Origin: a virus
Taxonomy: Duplodnaviria; Caudoviricetes
Virus record (IMG/VR): IMGVR_UViG_3300011338_000007
Span: 1-24,531 of that record
Reading direction: 5' to 3' (one strand)
Length of the DNA: 24,531 nt
Shown: one piece after another, positions 7,175-15,216 of the stretch
Position numbering within the stretch: position 1 is the first letter of the stretch
Layout: every line of letters begins with the position of its first letter
The notes under the pieces: generated by a model
What the model was told of the DNA's origin: nothing
The model's input: the letters and a program-made list of their open reading frames with translations, nothing else
Databases searched by the model: none
Program-made: the position numbers and the translations under genes

Positions 7175-8356
7175 TCAATCCTCCACATAAGTTTTGCCAT
7201 TAAGCGCTTTGTAAACAGGCTTACCCTCAGGTGTATATTTTCCAGTTGGAACTGCTCCTACTGGCACACCTTTAGGTAATGTGGGTTTAATTAAAGGATT
7301 AGACGCAGCCGTCAAGGGTTTAGGCTCAGCAAAGGGAATGCCCTCGTAGCCCAGTTTGGCTCTAGTCTCTGCCACTTTTAACATATATTGGGCTACATCT
7401 TCTTCGGTAACTAAACCAGCTTTCTTGTTCAATTCTGCACCAACCAAATTAATCAATTGCGGATCATTTTTAATGTTTGCTGGTAAATTCTTGGCTGTAA
7501 TTAACTCAGCCGCAAAGCCTTTATATTGATCAGGAATGCCGCCCATTGCCACCAATACATTTTCGGGGTAGTACCTAGTTTCAGGCATTCCAGTAAGTGG
7601 ATTATTTGTTTTTATTTCACGCAATTTTGGCTCTGCGGGATTTGTATAAATTTGCTTGCCACCTCGCACCAAAGAAGCGCCTGGCGCAACGGATCGAATT
7701 TCTAATTCCGCGTCTAGTAGTTTTTGCGCTTTAGCTTGCTCTTGGGCTTGTTGTTGCATTAAAAGTTGAGCCAAAGCCATCTTTCCTGCGCCCGTTTTAA
7801 TGTAATTGTTGGCGTTGTTGCCGCTTAACAGATCAGGCGAAAGCATGGGTGAACCTGGCACAGCTGGGACTGCGGGAGTGACTCTTTGTTCAACAGTCTC
7901 GCCAGGCAATTGAGCTATCTGTGCGCGTTCATCTACGCCAATTTGTCTTTCAAATGGGTTAATGGCTGCATTGGGGTCACGCATTGTGCTTTGCCGCAAA
8001 GCCACTTCTTGCAAATTACGGTTAGCCTCAATTGGCGTTGTAATGTTTTCAATTTTCTCGGGGATTGCCGCAGTTGCAGGCGTAGTCTTACCAGCATTAC
8101 GCATCAGAAAACCAAGGTCGGATAAATAATCCGATTGGTATTGTTTTTCTTCTGTGTCTGCTTTTTTTAATTTTTCATTTGCAGTGTAAGTTTGCAACAG
8201 CTTGGCAAGACCCGACACAGGGCTAATACGCACACCAGCCATTTGCGGCATTTCCATTGGTTGTTGAGCCTGCTGCATTAACAATTCAGCCATTTTGCGC
8301 CGCTTTTGAATTGCCTCCAACTCATAGTTGGATGGAGCTAAATTGATATCAGGCAT
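7175..8356 (-). CDS. Putative ejection / DNA transfer protein (393 aa)
   Basis: GGAGG RBS; N-terminal IQ.RRKMAELLMQQ...SP..GLAKLLQ segment typical of podophage ejection proteins; Cys-free. Confidence 0.65.
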   Translation of the reverse strand: MPDINLAPSNYELEAIQKRRKMAELLMQQAQQPMEMPQMAGVRISPVSGLAKLLQTYTANEKLKKADTEEKQYQSDYLSDLGFLMRNAGKTTPATAAIPEKIENITTPIEANRNLQEVALRQSTMRDPNAAINPFERQIGVDERAQIAQLPGETVEQRVTPAVPAVPGSPMLSPDLLSGNNANNYIKTGAGKMALAQLLMQQQAQEQAKAQKLLDAELEIRSVAPGASLVRGGKQIYTNPAEPKLREIKTNNPLTGMPETRYYPENVLVAMGGIPDQYKGFAAELITAKNLPANIKNDPQLINLVGAELNKKAGLVTEEDVAQYMLKVAETRAKLGYEGIPFAEPKPLTAASNPLIKPTLPKGVPVGAVPTGKYTPEGKPVYKALNGKTYVED

Positions 8357-8374
8357 TTAACCTCCCGTTATTGA

Positions 8375-9991
8375 TTAAAATGGAATATATGGCAACACAG
8401 CTTTACCTAGATCAAACAACCCACCCATAGCCGCATTGTCATTTGCTACGCCTTGGTTGTATGCATTCATTTGGCCTGCATAAGCGTTTTGTGCAATTTG
8501 AGCGATTGGCGCTGCCGCTACAGTTGCGCCAGTATAGGGTTGAAATGTTGGATTTTGTATTTGCGAACCGGACATCAATGCCGAAATTTCGTTTAGTGGC
8601 ATTTGACGTTGCTGTATAGCTTCTGCCAACGCTTGTTGTCGTGCTTGATTTTCAAAAGCTGCTTGTTGTGCGTTTTGAGCAAACTTTTGCTGTTGAGCAG
8701 CATTGTTAAGGGCAATGGTATTGTAGTTTTGCGTGTAATTCTGCCCAGCCGCTTGGTTGGTTATACCTTGTGAAGTAGCACTTTGCCCAAAGTTTTGGCC
8801 TTGAGCTGCGTTATACAGCGCTTGCTCAACATTACCCTGACCAAAGTTTTGCGCTTTTGCTTGATTAGTAAGGGTTTGCCCTGCCAATCCTTGCCCAAAG
8901 TTTTGGGCTTGTGCCAAATTGCCAAATTGCCCTAATGACAACGCTTGATTGTAGCCTTGGGCATTGGCGGTTAAATCTAAACCAAGACCTTGTAAGACCG
9001 CTTGGGTGCGTTGATCGTTCTCTTGTTGCCCTAACAAGTTAATTGCGTTGTTGTAGGCTTCTGAGCCAGGCCGCAACCCTTGGTTAATTAACTGCGTTTC
9101 TGTGCTCACGCGATTTTTTGCAATTTGTGGCTCTAACCGCGCCTCAATTGCCGCTTGCGCTGTTGTGCCAGCATTGATAGGCATTTTTGCAATATTGGTT
9201 GTGTCCAACGTTTTGCTTGCTAAATAATCTTGAAAATCAGGCGCATTACCTGCCAAATAACCACTTGCGCTTGGCCCTCCTTTAGCCAAAAATTCAGATG
9301 CTTTTGGCCCACCACCCGCTAAAAAGTCAGCCGCATTTGGCCCTTGCGAAATTGCGCCAGCATCAGCAATAGATGCATTTGCTGCTTTTCCCGTAATACC
9401 GCCTACTGGTCTTGGTGCTCCCGCTTTTATTCGCGCTATTTCTTCTGCTTGCGCTTGTTGAGCAGCAGGATCGTTTATAGATACAAGAGGCAATCCATAA
9501 TTTGGCAAACCATAACCACCATTTGCGTTTGCCCCAGTATTGTTTGCTCCTAAATAATTAAAGCTAAATGGATTACTTAATACTGAATATGCGTTAGATG
9601 CACCCAAATTTGACAAATTAGCTAGTTGCATCCTAGTTTGTTGTTGGGCATCAAAAATTTTTTGCGATTCAGGATTTAGCGATTGCGTAACATACGGCGT
9701 GTATTCGCTGTAAGCATTAGCCATACCAGGCCGATCACTTGAATACAGCTTTGCAAAATCTTCAGGCGATAGCCCATAGCTTTCTTGTTTATATTGTGCG
9801 GCAGCGGCTGGATTGGCTGCAAAAAATGCGTTTGCGCCATACTGAGTCGTTGAACTACCGTAAGGATTTCTAATGTTGGGATTGTTAATTTGAGCTGTTG
9901 AAAAAGCAGCCTTTATGTTAGCGGCAGCTTGTGCCTCTGCCGTTGCTGTTGGATCAGGCGGTGCTGGTGCGGATCCTGAGTCTTTTCCCAT
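8375..9991 (-). CDS. Putative DNA pilot / ejection protein (538 aa, Gln/Asn/Ala/Gly-rich)
   Basis: MGK...APAPPD N-terminus, N..NPYGS and L.NQGL.PGSEAY motifs, periodic repeats. First gene after the GNAT, as with P22 gp7 and T7 gp14. Confidence 0.72.
   Translation of the reverse strand: MGKDSGSAPAPPDPTATAEAQAAANIKAAFSTAQINNPNIRNPYGSSTTQYGANAFFAANPAAAAQYKQESYGLSPEDFAKLYSSDRPGMANAYSEYTPYVTQSLNPESQKIFDAQQQTRMQLANLSNLGASNAYSVLSNPFSFNYLGANNTGANANGGYGLPNYGLPLVSINDPAAQQAQAEEIARIKAGAPRPVGGITGKAANASIADAGAISQGPNAADFLAGGGPKASEFLAKGGPSASGYLAGNAPDFQDYLASKTLDTTNIAKMPINAGTTAQAAIEARLEPQIAKNRVSTETQLINQGLRPGSEAYNNAINLLGQQENDQRTQAVLQGLGLDLTANAQGYNQALSLGQFGNLAQAQNFGQGLAGQTLTNQAKAQNFGQGNVEQALYNAAQGQNFGQSATSQGITNQAAGQNYTQNYNTIALNNAAQQQKFAQNAQQAAFENQARQQALAEAIQQRQMPLNEISALMSGSQIQNPTFQPYTGATVAAAPIAQIAQNAYAGQMNAYNQGVANDNAAMGGLFDLGKAVLPYIPF
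8621..8974 (-). repeat. 18-aa (54-nt) tandem repeats, about 6.5 units, core NxAxxQNFGQ
   Basis: Asn at aa 358, 376, 394, 412, 430 and 448. CCAAAGTTTTG recurs on the + strand at about 8787, 8841 and 8895. Confidence 0.88.
9212..9343 (-). repeat. Four 11-aa tandem repeats (GPxAxx[FY]LAxG-like)
   Basis: GPNAADFLAGG / GPKASEFLAKG / GPSASGYLAGN / APDFQDYLASK, aa 217-260 of the 8375-9991 protein. Confidence 0.85.
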
Positions 9992-10388
9992 ACTTTTCCC
10001 CTAAAAATTTACAATCTTCTTTGGTCATTGTAAAAATAACAATGTCCCCTGATGGATGTGCATCCTTGATTTTAGCTTCTTCTTTGAAGCCCATGTGAGT
10101 CACAAGTCGAATACTTTTAAAATTTTTGCTTGACACTGTTGCAATCATTTTGTTAACCTGAAGTTGCCTGAAAGGGTAATCAAAAACTTTGGCTAAAAAT
10201 GTGGCTGTTAAAGTGCCAGTCACGGCTATGTGGCATACGATTGATCGCTTGTTCCAACTATCGTAAATCACACCAGCAACAATTTCCCCATCTTTTTCCC
10301 AACCAACCGCTTGACTGTTGGCCTCAAAATACATTTGATTATTTTTAGCCGCTACCCACCGCCCAACCTCATGCCCCAATACGATCAC
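9954..10388 (-). CDS. GNAT-family N-acetyltransferase (virion assembly-associated)
   Basis: RimJ/RimL-like C-terminal motif V...N.KSIRL...MGFKEE. Position between nozzle and first ejection protein matches P22 gp14 and T7 gp13. Confidence 0.82.
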   Translation of the reverse strand: MIVLGHEVGRWVAAKNNQMYFEANSQAVGWEKDGEIVAGVIYDSWNKRSIVCHIAVTGTLTATFLAKVFDYPFRQLQVNKMIATVSSKNFKSIRLVTHMGFKEEAKIKDAHPSGDIVIFTMTKEDCKFLGEKYGKRLRIRTSTA

Positions 10389-11941
10389 AAAGTCCCGCCA
10401 TCAGTAAACACCAAATCAGCCGCTACCCATTGAATTTGTTCGTTATTACTAGATGTTTTTAGAATTGGCGCAAAAGAATAGCCAATTTCAGTAACCCCTT
10501 GCCAATCGGCGGTAGGCATTAAATTGTCGCCCCAAAGAGCCGTATCCCAAAGACCCGCATCCCAATAAGCAAAATTAATTGGTGTAAAGTTTAAACTTGC
10601 ACTGCTATCGGCTAAGTTGTAGTCTACGTTTACGTTGCCATAAACCGCTGGAAAGCCGTCTGTAAACAAATGATAACGAATCATCTGACACTGCTTTTGG
10701 TTGGCCTGCCCATATGTTTGAAAAGATTGCAACCCAAAACTGTCTATATTTGATGTGTCATCCTTGTAGCCATTCCACGCCAAACCTACAAAGCCATTGC
10801 CCCCAAAATAAGGGTCATCCCTATAAAGTGTCCAACAATTAGCGTTCCAACCTGTAAAGTTACACCACGATTTTGTGATGTTGTTCATCACATATTGCTG
10901 TTGTTGACTGCCCTGACCAATGGGGACATTTAAAATTAGTTGGTTTTCTTTTGGAAAATACAACATATCCCAACCAAAATTAGTTGAATAAGCCGAAATA
11001 GATTGGCTCATTGCATACTGAATTTTGTCAGTAATTGACACTCTTGGGTCAAGGCGTGAGCTTTGCAAAGAACCACTCATAGGCACTACGCCGTCTTGCG
11101 TAATAATGAGCAAATCCCCACCATACTTAACCCAGCAACGCTTGCCAATGGGAGCACCTAGCTGATAAACCCCAATCAATGAAATGCCTGATGGCGTTGT
11201 TGGATCAGTCAACCGCCAAACTAGCGTTTCACCATTTGAGGTAATAAACACTAGGTAGTCATCCATACCATAACCAGCGTCTAGCGTCCATGTCATTGCA
11301 GCTACAAGGTAACCGCCCATCTGAACTAGGCTAGACATATCCAACGCCACCGCTGCGCCACCAATACTATTAATGGGCAAATACCAAGACTTTAAAGTGT
11401 TATCTTGAATTAACCAAACTCTGTTTTTAAACAAAGTGATGTTTGAACAAGTTGCGGTGTCTACGTTTGTAATGTCATAGCCGCCACCGTCACCATCTTT
11501 TGCCCACGCCGAGCCAGTATAAAAACGCAACTTGTCTGCGCCATTAACCAACATCAAATAAGAACCAGCCGAAGTTGTCATGTTGACATATTGCCAACGT
11601 GCATTTGTTAAGCTAGATACAGCAGCAGAGCCTACTGCGCCACCAGCTGTAATGTCGTAAATATTTGTTTCGGCAGCGGCAAACAATTTGTTTGTTGTTC
11701 CACCTGAATAGGCCAATACTGTTTCAACTTGACCCGTGATGCCCGTTGCAAATTTGGTGTAACCATAGCGCAAAACAACAGAGTTTGTGCCAGGCCACCA
11801 ATTTGTCAATGTTACCGCATCCCCAATTGGCATAGCGCCTAATGAATCTCTCGCATTCCAGCCCCCAATGGGCGCAGGGATTGTGATGGTCGTGGAACTT
11901 TGCGTTCTTAAACCCGCCCCCCGTGCAATTGAATTTAGCAT
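10385..11941 (-). CDS. Tail nozzle / packaged-DNA stabilisation protein (tail tubular protein B, P22 gp10-like)
   Basis: PAPIGGWNARD N-terminus, beta-propeller-like Trp/Gly pattern (FKNRVW, KYGGDLLIITQDG), WD..LWD..LWG near C-terminus; synteny. Confidence 0.8.
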   Translation of the reverse strand: MLNSIARGAGLRTQSSTTITIPAPIGGWNARDSLGAMPIGDAVTLTNWWPGTNSVVLRYGYTKFATGITGQVETVLAYSGGTTNKLFAAAETNIYDITAGGAVGSAAVSSLTNARWQYVNMTTSAGSYLMLVNGADKLRFYTGSAWAKDGDGGGYDITNVDTATCSNITLFKNRVWLIQDNTLKSWYLPINSIGGAAVALDMSSLVQMGGYLVAAMTWTLDAGYGMDDYLVFITSNGETLVWRLTDPTTPSGISLIGVYQLGAPIGKRCWVKYGGDLLIITQDGVVPMSGSLQSSRLDPRVSITDKIQYAMSQSISAYSTNFGWDMLYFPKENQLILNVPIGQGSQQQQYVMNNITKSWCNFTGWNANCWTLYRDDPYFGGNGFVGLAWNGYKDDTSNIDSFGLQSFQTYGQANQKQCQMIRYHLFTDGFPAVYGNVNVDYNLADSSASLNFTPINFAYWDAGLWDTALWGDNLMPTADWQGVTEIGYSFAPILKTSSNNEQIQWVAADLVFTDGGTL

Positions 11942-12228
11942 TAGGTTTTATTCCTGCGCGATATGGCTTTAGATTTTGCCTGTGCATCCTCTTTGGAGCT
12001 TGCGCCCCATGCCTTTAAAGACAAAGCAAGTCTAGTTGGCTCGCCGTTCTTTTCCATTGGGCCAGGCATATTGCCCATCCGCGCAAGGAATGATGCTCTG
12101 CGAGGGTTATCCCCTGATTTGACAGGCGGCTTCAAATCCATGCCCTCTGCTTTTGCCGAGGCTCTACCCTTTGCGTTTAAACCGCCCTCGGGATTCTTGC
12201 CCTCTTTGCGAGTCCATGCCGCTGTCAT
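11941..12228 (-). CDS. Small basic conserved phage protein (DUF6321-like)
   Basis: AWTRKEGKNP.GGLNAKGRAS...LKPP...RR.SF.ARM...SL.AWG pattern; ATGA and TAATG overlaps with both neighbours. Confidence 0.8.
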   Translation of the reverse strand: MTAAWTRKEGKNPEGGLNAKGRASAKAEGMDLKPPVKSGDNPRRASFLARMGNMPGPMEKNGEPTRLALSLKAWGASSKEDAQAKSKAISRRNKT

Positions 12229-12383
12229 TTTTTCTTCTCAGGCTTGGCGGTCTTTGCCGCTTGTTTAAAGTCTTTAGCTGTGGGTGCGCCCTCAGTGCCA
12301 GGCTTACGCATCTTTTCGCCCGACCCTGCTGCTATTCTTTCTCTTTTTGCCTGAATATTTGCGTACAAACCATCTAACTTCAT
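12225..12383 (-). CDS. Small basic conserved phage protein (52 aa, MKLDGLYANIQAKRERIAAGSGEKMRKPGTEGAPTAKDFKQAAKTAKPEKKK), absent from ORF track
   Basis: Translated by hand. TAAGGAG RBS before ATG 12383; TGA overlaps ATG of next gene. GLYANI.AKR.RI..GSGEKMRKPG..GAPT motif recognised from aquatic phages. Confidence 0.85.
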   Translation of the reverse strand: MKLDGLYANIQAKRERIAAGSGEKMRKPGTEGAPTAKDFKQAAKTAKPEKKK

Positions 12384-12392
12384 ATCATCTCC

Positions 12393-13310
12393 TTAAACAC
12401 TAGGCCAATTGCCATCTTGCACACTCCAAGGCCCAACTAACTGATTCATGCCCACAGGCGCTAGGCTCATGGCTGACACAGGTACGTCACCAGCTTTGCA
12501 ATAGCTCAATGTGCGATTAAATTCTGCTAGTTCTGCGCCGTAATCTAGTTTTTTGGCTTTAAGGAAATAAAACCTCAAGCCAGCCAACATCAAATCATCA
12601 GGAAAAACCGATGTATCTGTGTCTGCTGTGTACGCTGATTTTGTGCCAGTGCTTGAGCCGGTTGCACACACCCAATAATTTGAAACGTATTCAAACGAAA
12701 AGTTGTAAACAGTGGTCAACGCTTGGAAAATCCTAAACTTGCCGTTGTATATACGGTAGCGTTCCCTTGGGCCAATTGAAATAATGCCGCCCTGCAAGAA
12801 TTGCCAATCCTGAGATGACTTTGTGCCAAGGTTGCGCCAGTGGTCAGTCCTGTCCCAATTAGTGTCGGAAATCATTCTGTCGTAGCCATCAGGCAATGGG
12901 TAGTCTTGCTTGGCAAACGTCATTGACACCGCAGCGGTTGAGGTAGTCACAGGCGTATTTAGCGTAACTTGCGTAGAGCTGTCAATCGTCAATATTTCAG
13001 CATACGGCGCTTGCCCCGTGCCAGTGATGACGTTGCCAACTGCAAGCCCTGCCGTGCTCGGAATAGACGTAATGACCCGAGAACCCGCTGTAATTGTGCC
13101 GGTAGTGCTTACCGCCACTTCAGTTTGCCAAATGTAGGCTTGGACTAGCTTTTGCCACTCATAGTCGCGCACCAAGTCCTTGCCTAGACGCTGTGCCAAA
13201 GCCAGCATTTGCATAGTCTGATTGTTGGTTGACCCAATTACTGAAGCTGGCTGACTCAAGCCTAACTCGCCTGAAACTTGATCTACCAATTGCAGTAATG
13301 TGTAGGCCAT
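12393..13310 (-). CDS. Head-tail adaptor (tail tubular protein A-like) with inserted beta-rich domain
   Basis: N-terminal helices TLLQLV..V..ELG...LA...G..L.....W..L, then Y.LP.GY and FEYVS.YW, and C-terminal D.LM..GL. Position upstream of nozzle. Confidence 0.78.
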   Translation of the reverse strand: MAYTLLQLVDQVSGELGLSQPASVIGSTNNQTMQMLALAQRLGKDLVRDYEWQKLVQAYIWQTEVAVSTTGTITAGSRVITSIPSTAGLAVGNVITGTGQAPYAEILTIDSSTQVTLNTPVTTSTAAVSMTFAKQDYPLPDGYDRMISDTNWDRTDHWRNLGTKSSQDWQFLQGGIISIGPRERYRIYNGKFRIFQALTTVYNFSFEYVSNYWVCATGSSTGTKSAYTADTDTSVFPDDLMLAGLRFYFLKAKKLDYGAELAEFNRTLSYCKAGDVPVSAMSLAPVGMNQLVGPWSVQDGNWPSV

Positions 13311-13898
13311 TTACTCCACCAATTCTTTTTTAGGGCGACCGGATTTTTTGGCCGTCAACTCTGCAATCATCGCACGGAGTTCAGCCATTTCAACATCTTG
13401 AGCTTGCAGTTTTTTGTCTGTTTCGGCTCGTATTTTGTCAAACATTTGCGAATCTTGCGATGCCGCAATAAATGCCCGAGCTTTTTCGCGCAAGTCGTTA
13501 AACCCCATGATCTTGTTGCCAACAATGTCAGCAAGCTGTGCAAATTGATCAATGGTAAAAATGTTAAGCGCTTTAAACTCAGCCTTTTGAGTCTCAGAGA
13601 TTGCAGTCCAAACGTCAATTGGTGTGCCTGCTACTTTGGCTTCTTTCTTTTGCTCAAACCTTGCCCACTCAACTGGGTAATCTTCTATGTCTTGCTCACG
13701 CATTGGGCGGTCAATAGTTAAGGGGTTATCGCCAGGCACTAATTTTTTCAAAAAGATACGTTCTTGAAAGATTGGGCGCTTTTCTTGAGCCGTCAAAAAG
13801 TTGTTTTGCACTTGAACCGCATGGAAAAACACCGCCATCTTGCCGCGATTGCTCTCCATAAATGACTCATCTGTCCAACCCGCTACTTCGTTTTTCAT
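13311..13898 (-). CDS. Conserved phage protein with possible helix-hairpin-helix segment and C-terminal coiled coil
   Basis: RPIF....PGD....DRP....YP.EW.RF, GTPI..W...LNIFTIDQFAQL, ending GRPKK. AAGGA RBS, ATGA overlap. Confidence 0.75.
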   Translation of the reverse strand: MKNEVAGWTDESFMESNRGKMAVFFHAVQVQNNFLTAQEKRPIFQERIFLKKLVPGDNPLTIDRPMREQDIEDYPVEWARFEQKKEAKVAGTPIDVWTAISETQKAEFKALNIFTIDQFAQLADIVGNKIMGFNDLREKARAFIAASQDSQMFDKIRAETDKKLQAQDVEMAELRAMIAELTAKKSGRPKKELVE

Positions 13899-14632
13899 AA
13901 TAATTCCTTGAGTTTGAAAGCAGTTTCCTGCATAAGTCCATCACCGTAAAACACCACATCAGCATCCTGCGTTTCAATAAAATTTTCCATTTCAATTGCC
14001 GCTTGAAGCATTTGCTGTGTTGTTTGGAAAGTTCTCAAACCAACTCTGACCATGATTTTAACTTGATCTTTGCCAGTGTGAGCACCTGCGTGGCGGTTAT
14101 TTGTAAACGAGCAATCCATGCCATGAACATCAAACCGGCGAAACCCTAGAGCTGCCGAAACATTCATTGCCCTCATGCCTACACTTGAACCGCCACCGAT
14201 CAGGCTTTCCATTCCCTCTTTGTGGTGCTGGGCAACCCATGCCACCGTTTCTAAATCATTTCCATTTATCAAATGCCATACCTTAACATTTTTCCCTTTA
14301 AGAATTTCCCAAAAGTTAGGATGACAAACCGAGGCCATCAGGTATTTGGTTTCTTTTTGTGGCTTCCTTAACATTTGGGCTTTATGCGGCCTTGGGTCGC
14401 AATCAACATGAAAGTCAGGAATTACACCCCTTTCCACCAAATAATCATGCGCCCCCGAGACCGTCATTATTGGGCGTTTGAGCTGCCGCCAAGTGTCTGC
14501 AAGGCTTGGGCCATAACAGGCAATGGTCATGCGCCTATCGTTGAATTTGCCTTTTTTCTTGAGCATGGGCAAGTGCATTGACTTTGCCATTTGCTCATGG
14601 CGCTCGGCGTTGGTCAAGACCCCTTTAAGCAT
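13895..14632 (-). CDS. Maf/DUF115 (MptE-like, sialyltransferase-fold) putative glycosyltransferase
   Basis: Motifs IAC-YGPSL, GAHDYL..GV.PDF.V.CDP, ASVCHP, GGGSSVG.RA...AALGFRR...GMD, matching the Maf_flag10/DUF115 pattern. Confidence 0.8.
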   Translation of the reverse strand: MLKGVLTNAERHEQMAKSMHLPMLKKKGKFNDRRMTIACYGPSLADTWRQLKRPIMTVSGAHDYLVERGVIPDFHVDCDPRPHKAQMLRKPQKETKYLMASVCHPNFWEILKGKNVKVWHLINGNDLETVAWVAQHHKEGMESLIGGGSSVGMRAMNVSAALGFRRFDVHGMDCSFTNNRHAGAHTGKDQVKIMVRVGLRTFQTTQQMLQAAIEMENFIETQDADVVFYGDGLMQETAFKLKELL

Positions 14633-15216
14633 TCCACCCTCATGTCACGAAATGGGAAATGATAGCGAGGCTCACAAAACGTAATGTTTTGCATTCCTAC
14701 GGTTTCCAACATATCTTGCAATGGGCGTTGAAACCAACCCCAATGGTGGCACATTGCCTCGGCTTTATATTTAGGGTCACCGTACAACGCATTTAAGGTC
14801 ATAAACGGCTGTAATGGCTCTTTTTTAACCACGCAGTTATGAACGTAAGCAAACACCTTATCCATGCAGGGAAGCTCTAAAATCATTTTGCCGCCAGGCT
14901 TTAGCACCCGCTTCCATTCGGTTAGCAGGTCATAAACTTCCCATTCATAAAAGTGCTCTAAAACGTGAATTGCTGCCACCGCATCAGCAGAATCACTAGC
15001 AATTTCAAGTTTTCTTAGGTCGCATTTAATGTCAGAAATGTCGGAATGTAGGTCTACGTTTATCCAACCGTCCCATTTCTTTTTTCCACATCCAAGGTTG
15101 TAGGCCGTTTCGTAGCGCTCTTCCACTTGTCGATCAGTGTTTGAGGCGAGAATTCTGCCGTCACGAATTTCTGCGCCTTGGATACTAGTTCGTTCATGTT
15201 CTGCTGTCTTGTCCAT
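14614..15216 (-). CDS. Class I SAM-dependent methyltransferase (start uncertain: ATG 15216 preferred, GTG 15126 possible)
   Basis: Motif I YNLGCG, NVD, CDL, IHVLEHF, RVLKPGG. GAGGG lies 6 nt before ATG 15216. Overlaps the 3' end of the upstream GT gene. Confidence 0.85.
   Translation of the reverse strand: MDKTAEHERTSIQGAEIRDGRILASNTDRQVEERYETAYNLGCGKKKWDGWINVDLHSDISDIKCDLRKLEIASDSADAVAAIHVLEHFYEWEVYDLLTEWKRVLKPGGKMILELPCMDKVFAYVHNCVVKKEPLQPFMTLNALYGDPKYKAEAMCHHWGWFQRPLQDMLETVGMQNITFCEPRYHFPFRDMRVECLKGS

Noticed and set aside
7169-7180. In-frame TGA-CAA-ATG junction between two ejection genes, suggesting read-through or stop recoding
   Set aside because: The downstream gene has its own GGAGG SD 8 nt before the ATG. 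In-frame junctions in this window use TAA, TAG and TGA alike, and long genes are not fragmented, so there is no sign of an alternative genetic code.
8621-8974. 54-nt periodic sequence as a CRISPR-like or non-coding repeat array
   Set aside because: Units are degenerate, in frame, conserved at protein level and inside a long ORF.
14614-15216. DNA methyltransferase or DNA hypermodification role for the cassette
   Set aside because: There is no DPPY/NPPY or PC catalytic motif, the HVLEH motif fits small-molecule/glycan methylases, and no nucleotide-modifying or replication genes are adjacent.
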